DNA of 61,577 bases, filler included. It is 8 parts of 8 records of this genome, joined end to end, with 100 filler letters (N's around TTAATTAATTAA, not from the genome) between each part and the next. Parts side by side here need not be neighbours in the genome. Positions count along the whole stretch, not along the records: positions 1 to 7,907 come from SRR31156797_40246; positions 8,008 to 13,540 come from SRR31156797_40284; 6 more parts are not named here. One strand, written 5' to 3'. The notes below the pieces were generated by a model that saw nothing but the letters and a program-made list of their open reading frames with translations, was not told the origin of the DNA and searched no databases. Numbering within the stretch: position 1 is the stretch's first letter; each line of letters begins with the position of its first letter. The position numbers and the translations under genes are program-made. Of this stretch, positions 1-8,009 are shown piece after piece.

Positions 1-141
1 AGACAAAAGAGGAGTGTCCAACTCCTCAAACTCTTCAAATAAATTAGATGTATAACAAACAAGTAACCCCAACATTAAAAATAAAAACTAAAAACCCACA
101 CTATTAAAACTTTTAATTTCCCTTATAATAAAATTTATATT

Positions 142-771
142 ATGGAAATAGGAAACAACACTTCTACCTTCGGCTACAATGTCGACTATTTTTCACGAGC
201 AACGGCTCAAAGACAAGCTGTAACTGATAAACAGGGCACAGAGCAAGATACTCGTGGTCTTGAAAACAACCAATCTTCAACTCAAACAAATAGTGACCAA
301 AGCCAAGATAGTTCAGATTCTACAAAACTAACTTCAGAAGAAAATGCTCAACTTTCAGAACTAAAAACAATAGATGCAAAAGTTCGTGCGCATGAAGCTG
401 CACATCAAAGTGGTCCAGCAGCAGCCGGTGGAGCTTCATTTACTTATTCTAAAGGCTCTGTTGGTGTTATGTATGCTGTTGGAGGGGAAGTTCCAGTTCG
501 AGTTGAAACAGGTTCAACACCTGAAGAAACACTTGTAAATCTACAAGGTGTAATTGCTACTGCATTGGCTCCTGCTGATCCAAGTCCACAGGATGTCTCG
601 ATAGCTTCAAAAGCAAGAGTTATGATGATGCAAGCACAACAAGAGTTATCTACTCAAATCCAAGAAGAGAAAACAAACACAGATGAATATTCACAAAATG
701 CTAAAAATCAATATGAGCAAAATAGTTCAATTTCTAACAAGGAACAAGAAGATAATAGTATGAGTGCTTAG
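142..771 (+). CDS. SprA-related family protein (putative metalloprotease)
   Basis: Low-complexity N-terminus, then VRAHEAAH, YAVGGEV and ALAPADPSPQD motifs typical of the SprA-related family. Confidence 0.8.
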   Translation: MEIGNNTSTFGYNVDYFSRATAQRQAVTDKQGTEQDTRGLENNQSSTQTNSDQSQDSSDSTKLTSEENAQLSELKTIDAKVRAHEAAHQSGPAAAGGASFTYSKGSVGVMYAVGGEVPVRVETGSTPEETLVNLQGVIATALAPADPSPQDVSIASKARVMMMQAQQELSTQIQEEKTNTDEYSQNAKNQYEQNSSISNKEQEDNSMSA

Positions 772-862
772 GGTTATTTTACTTCTTATTTTAACTTTAA
801 AAACATATATCTACTTCAATCATAGGTTCATCAAGGCAAATAGTATTTTCATTTAAAAGTTG

Positions 863-1228
863 TTACAAAATTGAAAAAGTAAGTAAGGCTTTTGCTACAA
901 TATGAGTATCTTCGGTTTTATACACTAGATGTGAAAAATCTGGGTTTATAGATACAAAAGTGTTTTCTTTAATATTGTATTTTTTTATCCACATTTTATT
1001 CTCATAATATACTATATAAATAGAATCTTCTATTAACTCTTTTTGAGATAAATCAGCAACTACAACTGCTTTATCATTTATTTTAGGTTGCATTGACTTT
1101 CCATCAACTAAAAGAGCAAATAAAGATTGCTCTTTATACTCTTTTGGTAAAAGATGCTTTGAAAAAGATAGTTGTTTTACTTTGTTGTCATCAAAGATAT
1201 CTGTATATTCTAAATTTATTGTTTCCAT
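863..1228 (-). CDS. Stand-alone S24 family (LexA/UmuD-like) peptidase domain protein
   Basis: FALLVDGKSMQPKI (catalytic Ser) and WIKK (catalytic Lys); 121 aa with no HTH. Confidence 0.75.
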   Translation of the reverse strand: METINLEYTDIFDDNKVKQLSFSKHLLPKEYKEQSLFALLVDGKSMQPKINDKAVVVADLSQKELIEDSIYIVYYENKMWIKKYNIKENTFVSINPDFSHLVYKTEDTHIVAKALLTFSIL

Positions 1229-1251
1229 TATGAAGTTTATCTTTCTTTTAT

Positions 1252-1863
1252 TTAATCAAATATAAAAGGAACAACAGATGAAACTAAAAGGAAAGCCATA
1301 ACCATATTAAATGCTCTAATATTGTTTTCATCTTTTATAAATCTTTTTAAAATAACTCCACCTAGTGTCCAAGAATTACAAGATATTACACCAGAAAATA
1401 AAAATATTATTGATATAACTACTACCTGCTCTAAACTATGCTCTCTTGATGTTACAAAAATAGATATTGCAGTGATTGACATAATCCACGCTTTTGGATT
1501 AACCCATTGAAAAAGCGCTGCTTGGATAAAGTTAAAAGGTTTTCCTTCCTCTTTTATCTTTACAGTTCCTTTACTGGTTGCTATCTTAAAAGACATCCAA
1601 AAAAGATATAAAATCCCTACAACTTTTAAAACAGACAAAAGAGTTGGAAACTTTTCAAATACAATTCCTAAACCAATACCAACAAGAAAAACCATAATAG
1701 TAAATCCAAGAATAATCCCTAAAATATGTGAAATAGTTTTTCTGTAACCAAATGTCAAACCTGATGATAAAAGCATAATATTATTTGGTCCTGGTGTGAT
1801 TGTTGCAGTTAATGTAAATGTTAATATTGAAAACATTAACGATATTGAATAAAAGTTTTCCAT
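1252..1863 (-). CDS. LysE/RhtB family translocator
   Basis: ITPGPNN, FQWVNPKAW motifs; about 6 TM helices. Confidence 0.9.
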   Translation of the reverse strand: MENFYSISLMFSILTFTLTATITPGPNNIMLLSSGLTFGYRKTISHILGIILGFTIMVFLVGIGLGIVFEKFPTLLSVLKVVGILYLFWMSFKIATSKGTVKIKEEGKPFNFIQAALFQWVNPKAWIMSITAISIFVTSREHSLEQVVVISIIFLFSGVISCNSWTLGGVILKRFIKDENNIRAFNMVMAFLLVSSVVPFIFD

Positions 1864-2745
1864 TTATACTCCTTTTTTATATTTATAAAATATTTTCTCA
1901 CCAAATATATTTATCGCTAAAGCAAAGATTATCATACTTGAAGCGATAAATTTAATCTCTCCTATTTGTTCATTAAATATTATATATGAACCTGCAATTC
2001 CAAATATTGGTACAAGTAACCCCAGCGGTGCTACACTTGAAACTGGGTAATTGTGAATTAAACTATTCCATATGTAGTACCCAAAAAGTGTAGTTGGATA
2101 TACTTGAAAAGCTATAGAAAAAATAGCAGTCTCATTTAGGTTTTCTATAAACTTTATAAATACAAGCTGACCTCCTGTAAGGTAAGCTAATATAAATAAA
2201 GGTATTGGTGAAAAAAGTGAGGACCAAATCATAAAAGAGAATAGGTTTTTGGTACCCGCTTTTTTTATTATGATATTTGTCAAACTTAATGATAAGGCTC
2301 CAATTAAAACAAAAACAAGACCCAATATTGTGATTGAACCATCTGTTACACTTATAATCAAGGCTAAACCTAATAAGGCAAAAGCAAAAGCAATCTTTTT
2401 GCTTAGGCTAATATCTTCTTTTAGTAATATACTTGCAAGAATAACAGTAAAAAATACACTCATTTGAAGAACTAAAGATGCCATTCCTGCTGAAATGCCA
2501 AAATATATCCCTAAAGATACAATTCCCCATAATCCTACACCAAATAGAAAACCATAAGAGATTAGATATTTGAACTCTACATTTGGTTTTTTTACAAAAA
2601 ATACAAAAGGAATAGCACATAATAAAAATCTCATTCCTGATAAGATGAAAGGGTCAACAAATACCAATCCAAGTTTTATAAAAGAGAAATTGACACCCCA
2701 AATAAATGTGATTAATAGTGCTAAAAATATATCTTTGTTTTTCAT
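1864..2745 (-). CDS. EamA/DMT family transporter
   Basis: IWGVNFSFIKLG start, two EamA repeats, about 10 TM helices; abuts the LysE gene. Confidence 0.9.
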   Translation of the reverse strand: MKNKDIFLALLITFIWGVNFSFIKLGLVFVDPFILSGMRFLLCAIPFVFFVKKPNVEFKYLISYGFLFGVGLWGIVSLGIYFGISAGMASLVLQMSVFFTVILASILLKEDISLSKKIAFAFALLGLALIISVTDGSITILGLVFVLIGALSLSLTNIIIKKAGTKNLFSFMIWSSLFSPIPLFILAYLTGGQLVFIKFIENLNETAIFSIAFQVYPTTLFGYYIWNSLIHNYPVSSVAPLGLLVPIFGIAGSYIIFNEQIGEIKFIASSMIIFALAINIFGEKIFYKYKKGV

Positions 2746-2847
2746 CGTATCCCTTTTGCTTGTAAAATAATAGCAAGTAAAAGAAATTTATTCTTTACTA
2801 AAAGTGTTATAAAAGTTATCTATTTTTGTTATAAAAATGTACATTTT

Positions 2848-3762
2848 ATGATAGAATTATTTAGAATAAGGAATCCAATGCAAAAAAGAAGCACCTATAA
2901 TAAAAATGTTCAAATAGCAAATGATACAATGTATTATATTTATGAGTATATCGATACAGATATAAACATAGATGAATTAGCTGATTCTTTTGGAATAAGT
3001 AAGTTTCATTTTCATAAAATATTTAAAGAGGTGATGGGCTTAAATATATATGAAACAATAAAATCAACAAGACTTCAAAAAGCTTCAAGTCTACTTCTTA
3101 CAAATAAATACTCAACAATAACAGAAATAGCAAAAATGTGCGGTTATAGTTCCCAAACATCTTTTATCAGAACTTTTAAACAAAGATTTAATCAAACTCC
3201 AAAGGAGTGGAGAAATGGTGGATATCAAGTTTATTCAAATAATATTCTTAAAAACTCAAAGCTTACATTTCTTAAAAAAAATGATTTTTCATATATAGAA
3301 CCAGAGATTGTAAAAGTCAAGCCTAGAAAGACATATTATATTCGCCAAAGAGGTTATATTAATGAAGATATAAAAAAAGTTTGGCAAAAAATGCAAGCTT
3401 GGGTATATACAAACTCTATTACAAGATATGAACAGATTGCTGTTTATCACGATAATCCAACGATAACCCCTCACAATGAGTGTTTTTATGTTGCAGGAGT
3501 GATTCCTGAAGATGAAGTTAATCTTACAAATACAAATCTTCCACACTTTTATACTCCAGAGGCTTTGTATGCAACTTTTGAAACAAAAGGAAAACTTGGT
3601 GATATATTAAGGTTTATTCAATGGGTTTATCATGAGTGGCTACCCAAAAGTGGATTTGAAACAACAACCAACCCTTCATATTCTATATTTAAAAGAAACC
3701 ATTTTCTCGAAAAAAATGGAGAGTTTGAAGCAACTTATTATTTGCCTATTCAATATATATAA
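2848..3762 (+). CDS. AraC family regulator with C-terminal GyrI-like domain (start may be 2878)
   Basis: SKFHFHKIFK...RLQKASSLL...CGYSSQTSFIRTFK double HTH; YHDNP and WVYHEWLPKSG GyrI-like motifs. Confidence 0.9.
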   Translation: MIELFRIRNPMQKRSTYNKNVQIANDTMYYIYEYIDTDINIDELADSFGISKFHFHKIFKEVMGLNIYETIKSTRLQKASSLLLTNKYSTITEIAKMCGYSSQTSFIRTFKQRFNQTPKEWRNGGYQVYSNNILKNSKLTFLKKNDFSYIEPEIVKVKPRKTYYIRQRGYINEDIKKVWQKMQAWVYTNSITRYEQIAVYHDNPTITPHNECFYVAGVIPEDEVNLTNTNLPHFYTPEALYATFETKGKLGDILRFIQWVYHEWLPKSGFETTTNPSYSIFKRNHFLEKNGEFEATYYLPIQYI

Positions 3763-3856
3763 GTTTAATATCTAATTTAATGATTATAATAAAACAATCT
3801 TCTTCTCTGGAGCATTTTTATTGTATTTATTTGCAATCAATTTATAAAATTGTAAC

Positions 3857-3882
3857 TATAATGAAATAATTTGTATATACAA
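3857..3882 (+). promoter_or_regulatory. Putative -10 box (TATAAT) and palindromic operator TTGTATATACAA
   Basis: TATAAT at 3857-3862; perfect 12-bp palindrome at 3871-3882 resembling GntR-family GT-N-TA-N-AC sites; lies upstream of the small ORF. Confidence 0.5.
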
Positions 3883-3906
3883 TTATTTATTATAAAAGGA
3901 GAAGCT

Positions 3907-4005
3907 ATGATTTTAAAAAAATATGAAAACACAATATTGTTCTCAGTAATGTCTTTTATGTACTATTCAAGTGCACTTGTTTTTTATATCGTTGCAATAA
4001 ACTAA
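3907..4005 (+). CDS. Small 32-aa putative membrane peptide (not in ORF track)
   Basis: AAAGGAG upstream of ATG; MILKKYENTILFSVMSFMYYSSALVFYIVAIN; hairpin directly after the stop. Confidence 0.6.
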   Translation: MILKKYENTILFSVMSFMYYSSALVFYIVAIN

Positions 4006-4316
4006 AAGGGAAGTTTTAAACTCCTCTTCGTACGAGTACTTATTACATTGATAAAATCTTTTATTAAATGTAAAAGAAAGTTAGATGGTGTATCATTTCA
4101 CCTGATAAGATTAGTTTTTAGTTGCCATCCTAGGAAAACTATTTATAAAGCTAAAACTTCAGAATTGTTACTTTTCTCTTTAAAATTATTATAAAATAAG
4201 CAAAATGGTAAAAACTTCTAAAATATAATTATATAAAATAGTTATTTTCTTATTTTATTTAGAAATCTTTGATGATTAATAAGATAAAATAGTCATAAAA
4301 ACCAAAAGAAACCAAT

Positions 4317-5102
4317 ATGAACTCAGAAAAAAAAGTAATTTTTTTATTTTTGTTATTAATTGTTGTGATAATCTCTTGTGTATATATTCATGCACCAAAA
4401 ATTGCAGAAGATAGAAATATTCAAATACCTCAAAGTAGTGAAATTGAAACAAAAGCAGTAGATGAAAAACAAGATGAAACAAAAGTATTTCCAAGTGATG
4501 TTTATGAACAAAGTCAAGCAGAAGCAGAAATTGCACTAAATAAAGGTGCTGTTGAACCATCTGAAAATGAACTTGAGCAAAATTATGTTCAGAATAACGA
4601 TGAGAATACAAGTGATGAAAATATTGCTGTTATTGAAAAAGTTGAAAAAAAAATAGTAGAACCATTAATCACTACAGATAAAAGATACATTAGAGAAAAT
4701 GGAGAGTCTCCTATTGAAAAACTTTCTTTAGATTCTCAAAGGTTACAAATTGAGTTGAGTAAACTTATGAGAGAGAATCCTATTATTTTTAAGAGAGCAA
4801 GTTACAATGTAACTGAAGCTAGTGAAGAGATTATTGTTCAGATTTCTGATATACTAAAAGAATATCCAAATTTAGTAATCGAAGTAGCAGGGCATACCGA
4901 TGCAGCTGGTGAAGCAAAACTTAATAAATATATTTCTAATGAAAGAGCAAAAGTTGTTAGAAATAGGTTAATAGAGTTGGGAATTGATAAGCAAAGACTT
5001 ATTGCAAGAGGATATGGTGAAAATATACCATTAGTTAAAAATAGTCCAAAAGGTTACTCAAGAGTAAATAGAAGAGTAGAATTTAATATTGTCGAGGAAT
5101 AG
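4317..5102 (+). CDS. OmpA/MotB C-terminal domain protein with N-terminal membrane anchor
   Basis: IEVAGHTDA, SNERAKVV, GYGE and NRRVEF motifs. Confidence 0.9.
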   Translation: MNSEKKVIFLFLLLIVVIISCVYIHAPKIAEDRNIQIPQSSEIETKAVDEKQDETKVFPSDVYEQSQAEAEIALNKGAVEPSENELEQNYVQNNDENTSDENIAVIEKVEKKIVEPLITTDKRYIRENGESPIEKLSLDSQRLQIELSKLMRENPIIFKRASYNVTEASEEIIVQISDILKEYPNLVIEVAGHTDAAGEAKLNKYISNERAKVVRNRLIELGIDKQRLIARGYGENIPLVKNSPKGYSRVNRRVEFNIVEE

Positions 5103-5105
5103 AAA

Positions 5106-5507
5106 GTGATAGAAATAGCATCTCAAATTGTAATATGTTTAGTAATTGCAGCGTTTATTGGATTTTTAATAGGTTTAATTATTGGAAAAGCTTTAGGTGG
5201 TGAAAGAACATCTGTATACAACGCAGTAACTTCTCACGGAGGAGCAGCTGCTGGAAATATATATAATAAACCATTAATTAGAAGTTCCCCTAGACCAACA
5301 GGAAAAGATATTCTTAAAGAGATTGAAGGGATAGACAAAGACCTAGAACTAAAATTAAATGAACTTGGAATCTATCATTTTGATCAAATTGCAAAATGGA
5401 GTGCAAAAAATTGTCACTGGGTTGAAGAGTATTTTACTTTAGAAGATAACCAAATCAAAGAATCTGCTTGGGTAGAACAAGCTAAAAAACTATCTAAAAG
5501 TAGATAG
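5106..5507 (+). CDS. Membrane-anchored helix-hairpin-helix protein (COG3743-like)
   Basis: N-terminal TM helix; DILKEIEGI...LNELGIYHFDQIAKW...WVEQAK motif. Confidence 0.65.
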   Translation: MIEIASQIVICLVIAAFIGFLIGLIIGKALGGERTSVYNAVTSHGGAAAGNIYNKPLIRSSPRPTGKDILKEIEGIDKDLELKLNELGIYHFDQIAKWSAKNCHWVEEYFTLEDNQIKESAWVEQAKKLSKSR

Positions 5508-5509
5508 TT

Positions 5510-5959
5510 TTATTTTATATAACTCGCAAGAAGTTTATTAACACAAGAATCTATCATCTCATAAACCTTGTCAAAGCCTTCTAGACCTTTAAAAAAGTAA
5601 GGGTCTGGAACATCTTCCCCATTGAAGCCAAAATCACCTAATTTTATAGGATTTTTACACCCCATCTCTTTTAAATCATTTAGGTTGCTATCATCTAGTG
5701 CAACAATCAAATCAAACTCAGTAAAATCTTTTGTTGTAACTTGTCTAGCTTTTTGTTTTGAGATATCAACATCGTGTTTTCTTGATATAGCTATAGAGTT
5801 TTCACATGGGTTTTCTCCAATATGCCAACTACTTGTCCCCGCACTATCTACTTTTATATCAAGATTGTTTTCTTCAACATATTTCTCTGTTACACCTTGG
5901 GCTATAGGAGAACGACAAATGTTTCCTAAACATACAAAAAGTATCGATTTTATTTCCAT
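5510..5959 (-). CDS. Low molecular weight protein-tyrosine phosphatase
   Basis: VCLGNICRSP P-loop and DPY motif. Confidence 0.95.
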   Translation of the reverse strand: MEIKSILFVCLGNICRSPIAQGVTEKYVEENNLDIKVDSAGTSSWHIGENPCENSIAISRKHDVDISKQKARQVTTKDFTEFDLIVALDDSNLNDLKEMGCKNPIKLGDFGFNGEDVPDPYFFKGLEGFDKVYEMIDSCVNKLLASYIK

Positions 5960-6678
5960 TTTTTCTTTAATCCTATATCAATATATTTTCTCATATTTTT
6001 AACCACTTCTAAAGACATCTCTTCTTTTATAATCTCTTTGTGGTCGCTTCTAAACTCTTCTCCCCATGGAGTTATTATTCCACTTCCTTTAGCCATATCT
6101 TCATCTGCACTATTTGATGTTAGGACATAACATTGATTTGCTACTGCTAAAGCTTTAGTCATAGTTTCATAGTGCTCTTTTCTTTTTGTTCCCCACATAG
6201 CAGGAACAATCACTAAATCAGCACCTAATATTTTTAGCCAAAGTTCTGGAAATCTAACCTCAAAACATATTAAAGATGCAACTTTTAGTCCATCTATCTC
6301 TATGATTTTTATATTTTCAAGTTTTCCTTTTGTGAAGTTTTCAGGTTCATCTCCTAGTGAAAAAAGTTTATTTTTTGCTTGTGTGTGAACAATCTTACCT
6401 TTATGAAATATGTAAAGATTATTGTAATAATCTAAATCCTCTTTCTCAATAAAAGTCATGGCAATAGTTTTATTTTCTGATAGTTTTCTAATCTTTTTTA
6501 TATACTTGTTCGAAAACTCTGAAGCCTCATCCATTCTTTCATAAGAAAAGCCTGTAAGGCATAGTTCTGGAGCTAAAATAAAAGAGTTATCTTCACACGA
6601 AAGAATTAACTCTTTTAGGTATTTATAATTTACTTTAAAATCTTCGCTTGTTTTAGTTTGAAGTGCTATTAATTTCAT
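5950..6678 (-). CDS. Carbon-nitrogen hydrolase family protein
   Basis: APEL (Glu), KNKLF (Lys), ICFEVRFPE (Cys) catalytic triad. Confidence 0.9.
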   Translation of the reverse strand: MKLIALQTKTSEDFKVNYKYLKELILSCEDNSFILAPELCLTGFSYERMDEASEFSNKYIKKIRKLSENKTIAMTFIEKEDLDYYNNLYIFHKGKIVHTQAKNKLFSLGDEPENFTKGKLENIKIIEIDGLKVASLICFEVRFPELWLKILGADLVIVPAMWGTKRKEHYETMTKALAVANQCYVLTSNSADEDMAKGSGIITPWGEEFRSDHKEIIKEEMSLEVVKNMRKYIDIGLKKKWK

Positions 6679-7906
6679 CTTTTACTTCTTTTATTAGGTT
6701 ATTTAGTTTATCTTCATATTCTTTTGCAAGTATTTGGTCAGTTGATTCAAATCTTGTAACAAGAACTGGTGTTGTATTTGAAGCTCTAACTAGACCCCAA
6801 CCTTTTTCAAATATAACTCTTACTCCATCAACATCAATAATATCAAGTATTTTAGGAAGCTCTTTTGGTGGGTTTTTTAGTTTCTCTTTTAGTCTATCAA
6901 TAAGTATAAATTTTTCATCTTCTGTTGTTTCAACTTTAATCTCTTCTGTTGAGTAAGTTTTTGGTAATAAAGCAATCTCTTTATCAATATTCATACCATT
7001 TTTTATAAGTTCTAAAACTCTAAAAGTTGCATAAACAGCATCATCAAAACCAAAAAATCTGTCATTGAAGAATATATGACCTGAAACTTCTGCTGCTAAG
7101 TCTGCATTTGTCTCTTTTAGTTTGACTTTTAAGTTAGAGTGCCCTGTTTTATACATGATTGCTTTACCTTTTTTGTTTATCAAGTCATACATAATCTGGC
7201 TACATTTAACCTCTCCAACTATTGTTGGGTTTTCCATTGTTTTTGCAAATAGAAGTGCTAGAATGTCACCTTTAACATTGTTTTGTTTTGTTAAAAATGC
7301 AATTCTATCTGCATCTCCGTCATAAGCAAAACCATATTCAAAATCACCTTTTAATGCTTCAATAACATCTTTTAAATTTTCTTCTACACTTGGATCGGGA
7401 TGGTGGTTAGGAAAAGTTCCATCTGGTGTGGCATATAAAACTTCATAGTTTAGTTCAAGTTTATCACAAATCTCTGTTAGAACTGTATCTGCTACACCAT
7501 TTCCACAATCTAGGATGAGTTTTTGTTTCATGCCTTTTAGTGCTTGGAACTCATTTACAACATAATCTACATAAATAGACTTTACATCAATCTCGGAATA
7601 TCTATCATCATCTTTAATCTCTACATTTGAAGAGATTATCTCATCTCCTAAAGAGTATATATCATCTGCAAAAAATGGTGTTTTATCAAGTGTGATTTTA
7701 AAACCATTGTATTGGCTTGGATTGTGGCTCCCTGTAATCATAACTGAAGCACAAGGTTGAATCTCTTTGTCTTCTACTTTAAAAGTTTGATAATTTGAAA
7801 AATAGTTTACTCCTGTAGCAACCATTTTCATACCAAGAACTTTACATCCAGCTTGATTGAAACCACTTGTTAAGTATGAGAAAAGTTCAGGTGAGTGAGT
7901 TCTTGC
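6653..7906 (-). CDS. Phosphomannomutase/phosphoglucomutase, 5' truncated at contig edge
   Basis: TGSHNP, DGDADR and RASNT motifs; frame stays open to the spacer. Confidence 0.95.
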   Translation of the reverse strand, partial: ARTHSPELFSYLTSGFNQAGCKVLGMKMVATGVNYFSNYQTFKVEDKEIQPCASVMITGSHNPSQYNGFKITLDKTPFFADDIYSLGDEIISSNVEIKDDDRYSEIDVKSIYVDYVVNEFQALKGMKQKLILDCGNGVADTVLTEICDKLELNYEVLYATPDGTFPNHHPDPSVEENLKDVIEALKGDFEYGFAYDGDADRIAFLTKQNNVKGDILALLFAKTMENPTIVGEVKCSQIMYDLINKKGKAIMYKTGHSNLKVKLKETNADLAAEVSGHIFFNDRFFGFDDAVYATFRVLELIKNGMNIDKEIALLPKTYSTEEIKVETTEDEKFILIDRLKEKLKNPPKELPKILDIIDVDGVRVIFEKGWGLVRASNTTPVLVTRFESTDQILAKEYEDKLNNLIKEVKDEINSTSN

Positions 7907-7907
7907 A

Positions 7908-8007
7908 NNNNNNNNNNNNNNNNNNNNNNNNNNNNNNNNNNNNNNNNNNNNTTAATTAATTAANNNNNNNNNNNNNNNNNNNNNNNNNNNNNNNNNNNNN
8001 NNNNNNN
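7908..8007. other. Artificial contig spacer
   Basis: 44 N + TTAATTAATTAA (stops in all six frames) + 44 N. Confidence 0.99.
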
Positions 8008-8009
8008 GG

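Noticed and set aside
1-75. Possible minus-strand gene start MLGLLVCYTSNLFEEF...
   Set aside because: Only 25 codons at a contig edge with no RBS or recognisable motif.
4003-4181. Glycine riboswitch or 6S RNA call on the minus strand
   Set aside because: Only loose fragments (CTGAAG, CTTATCAGG) match and there is no downstream minus-strand gene; kept only as an unnamed sRNA candidate.
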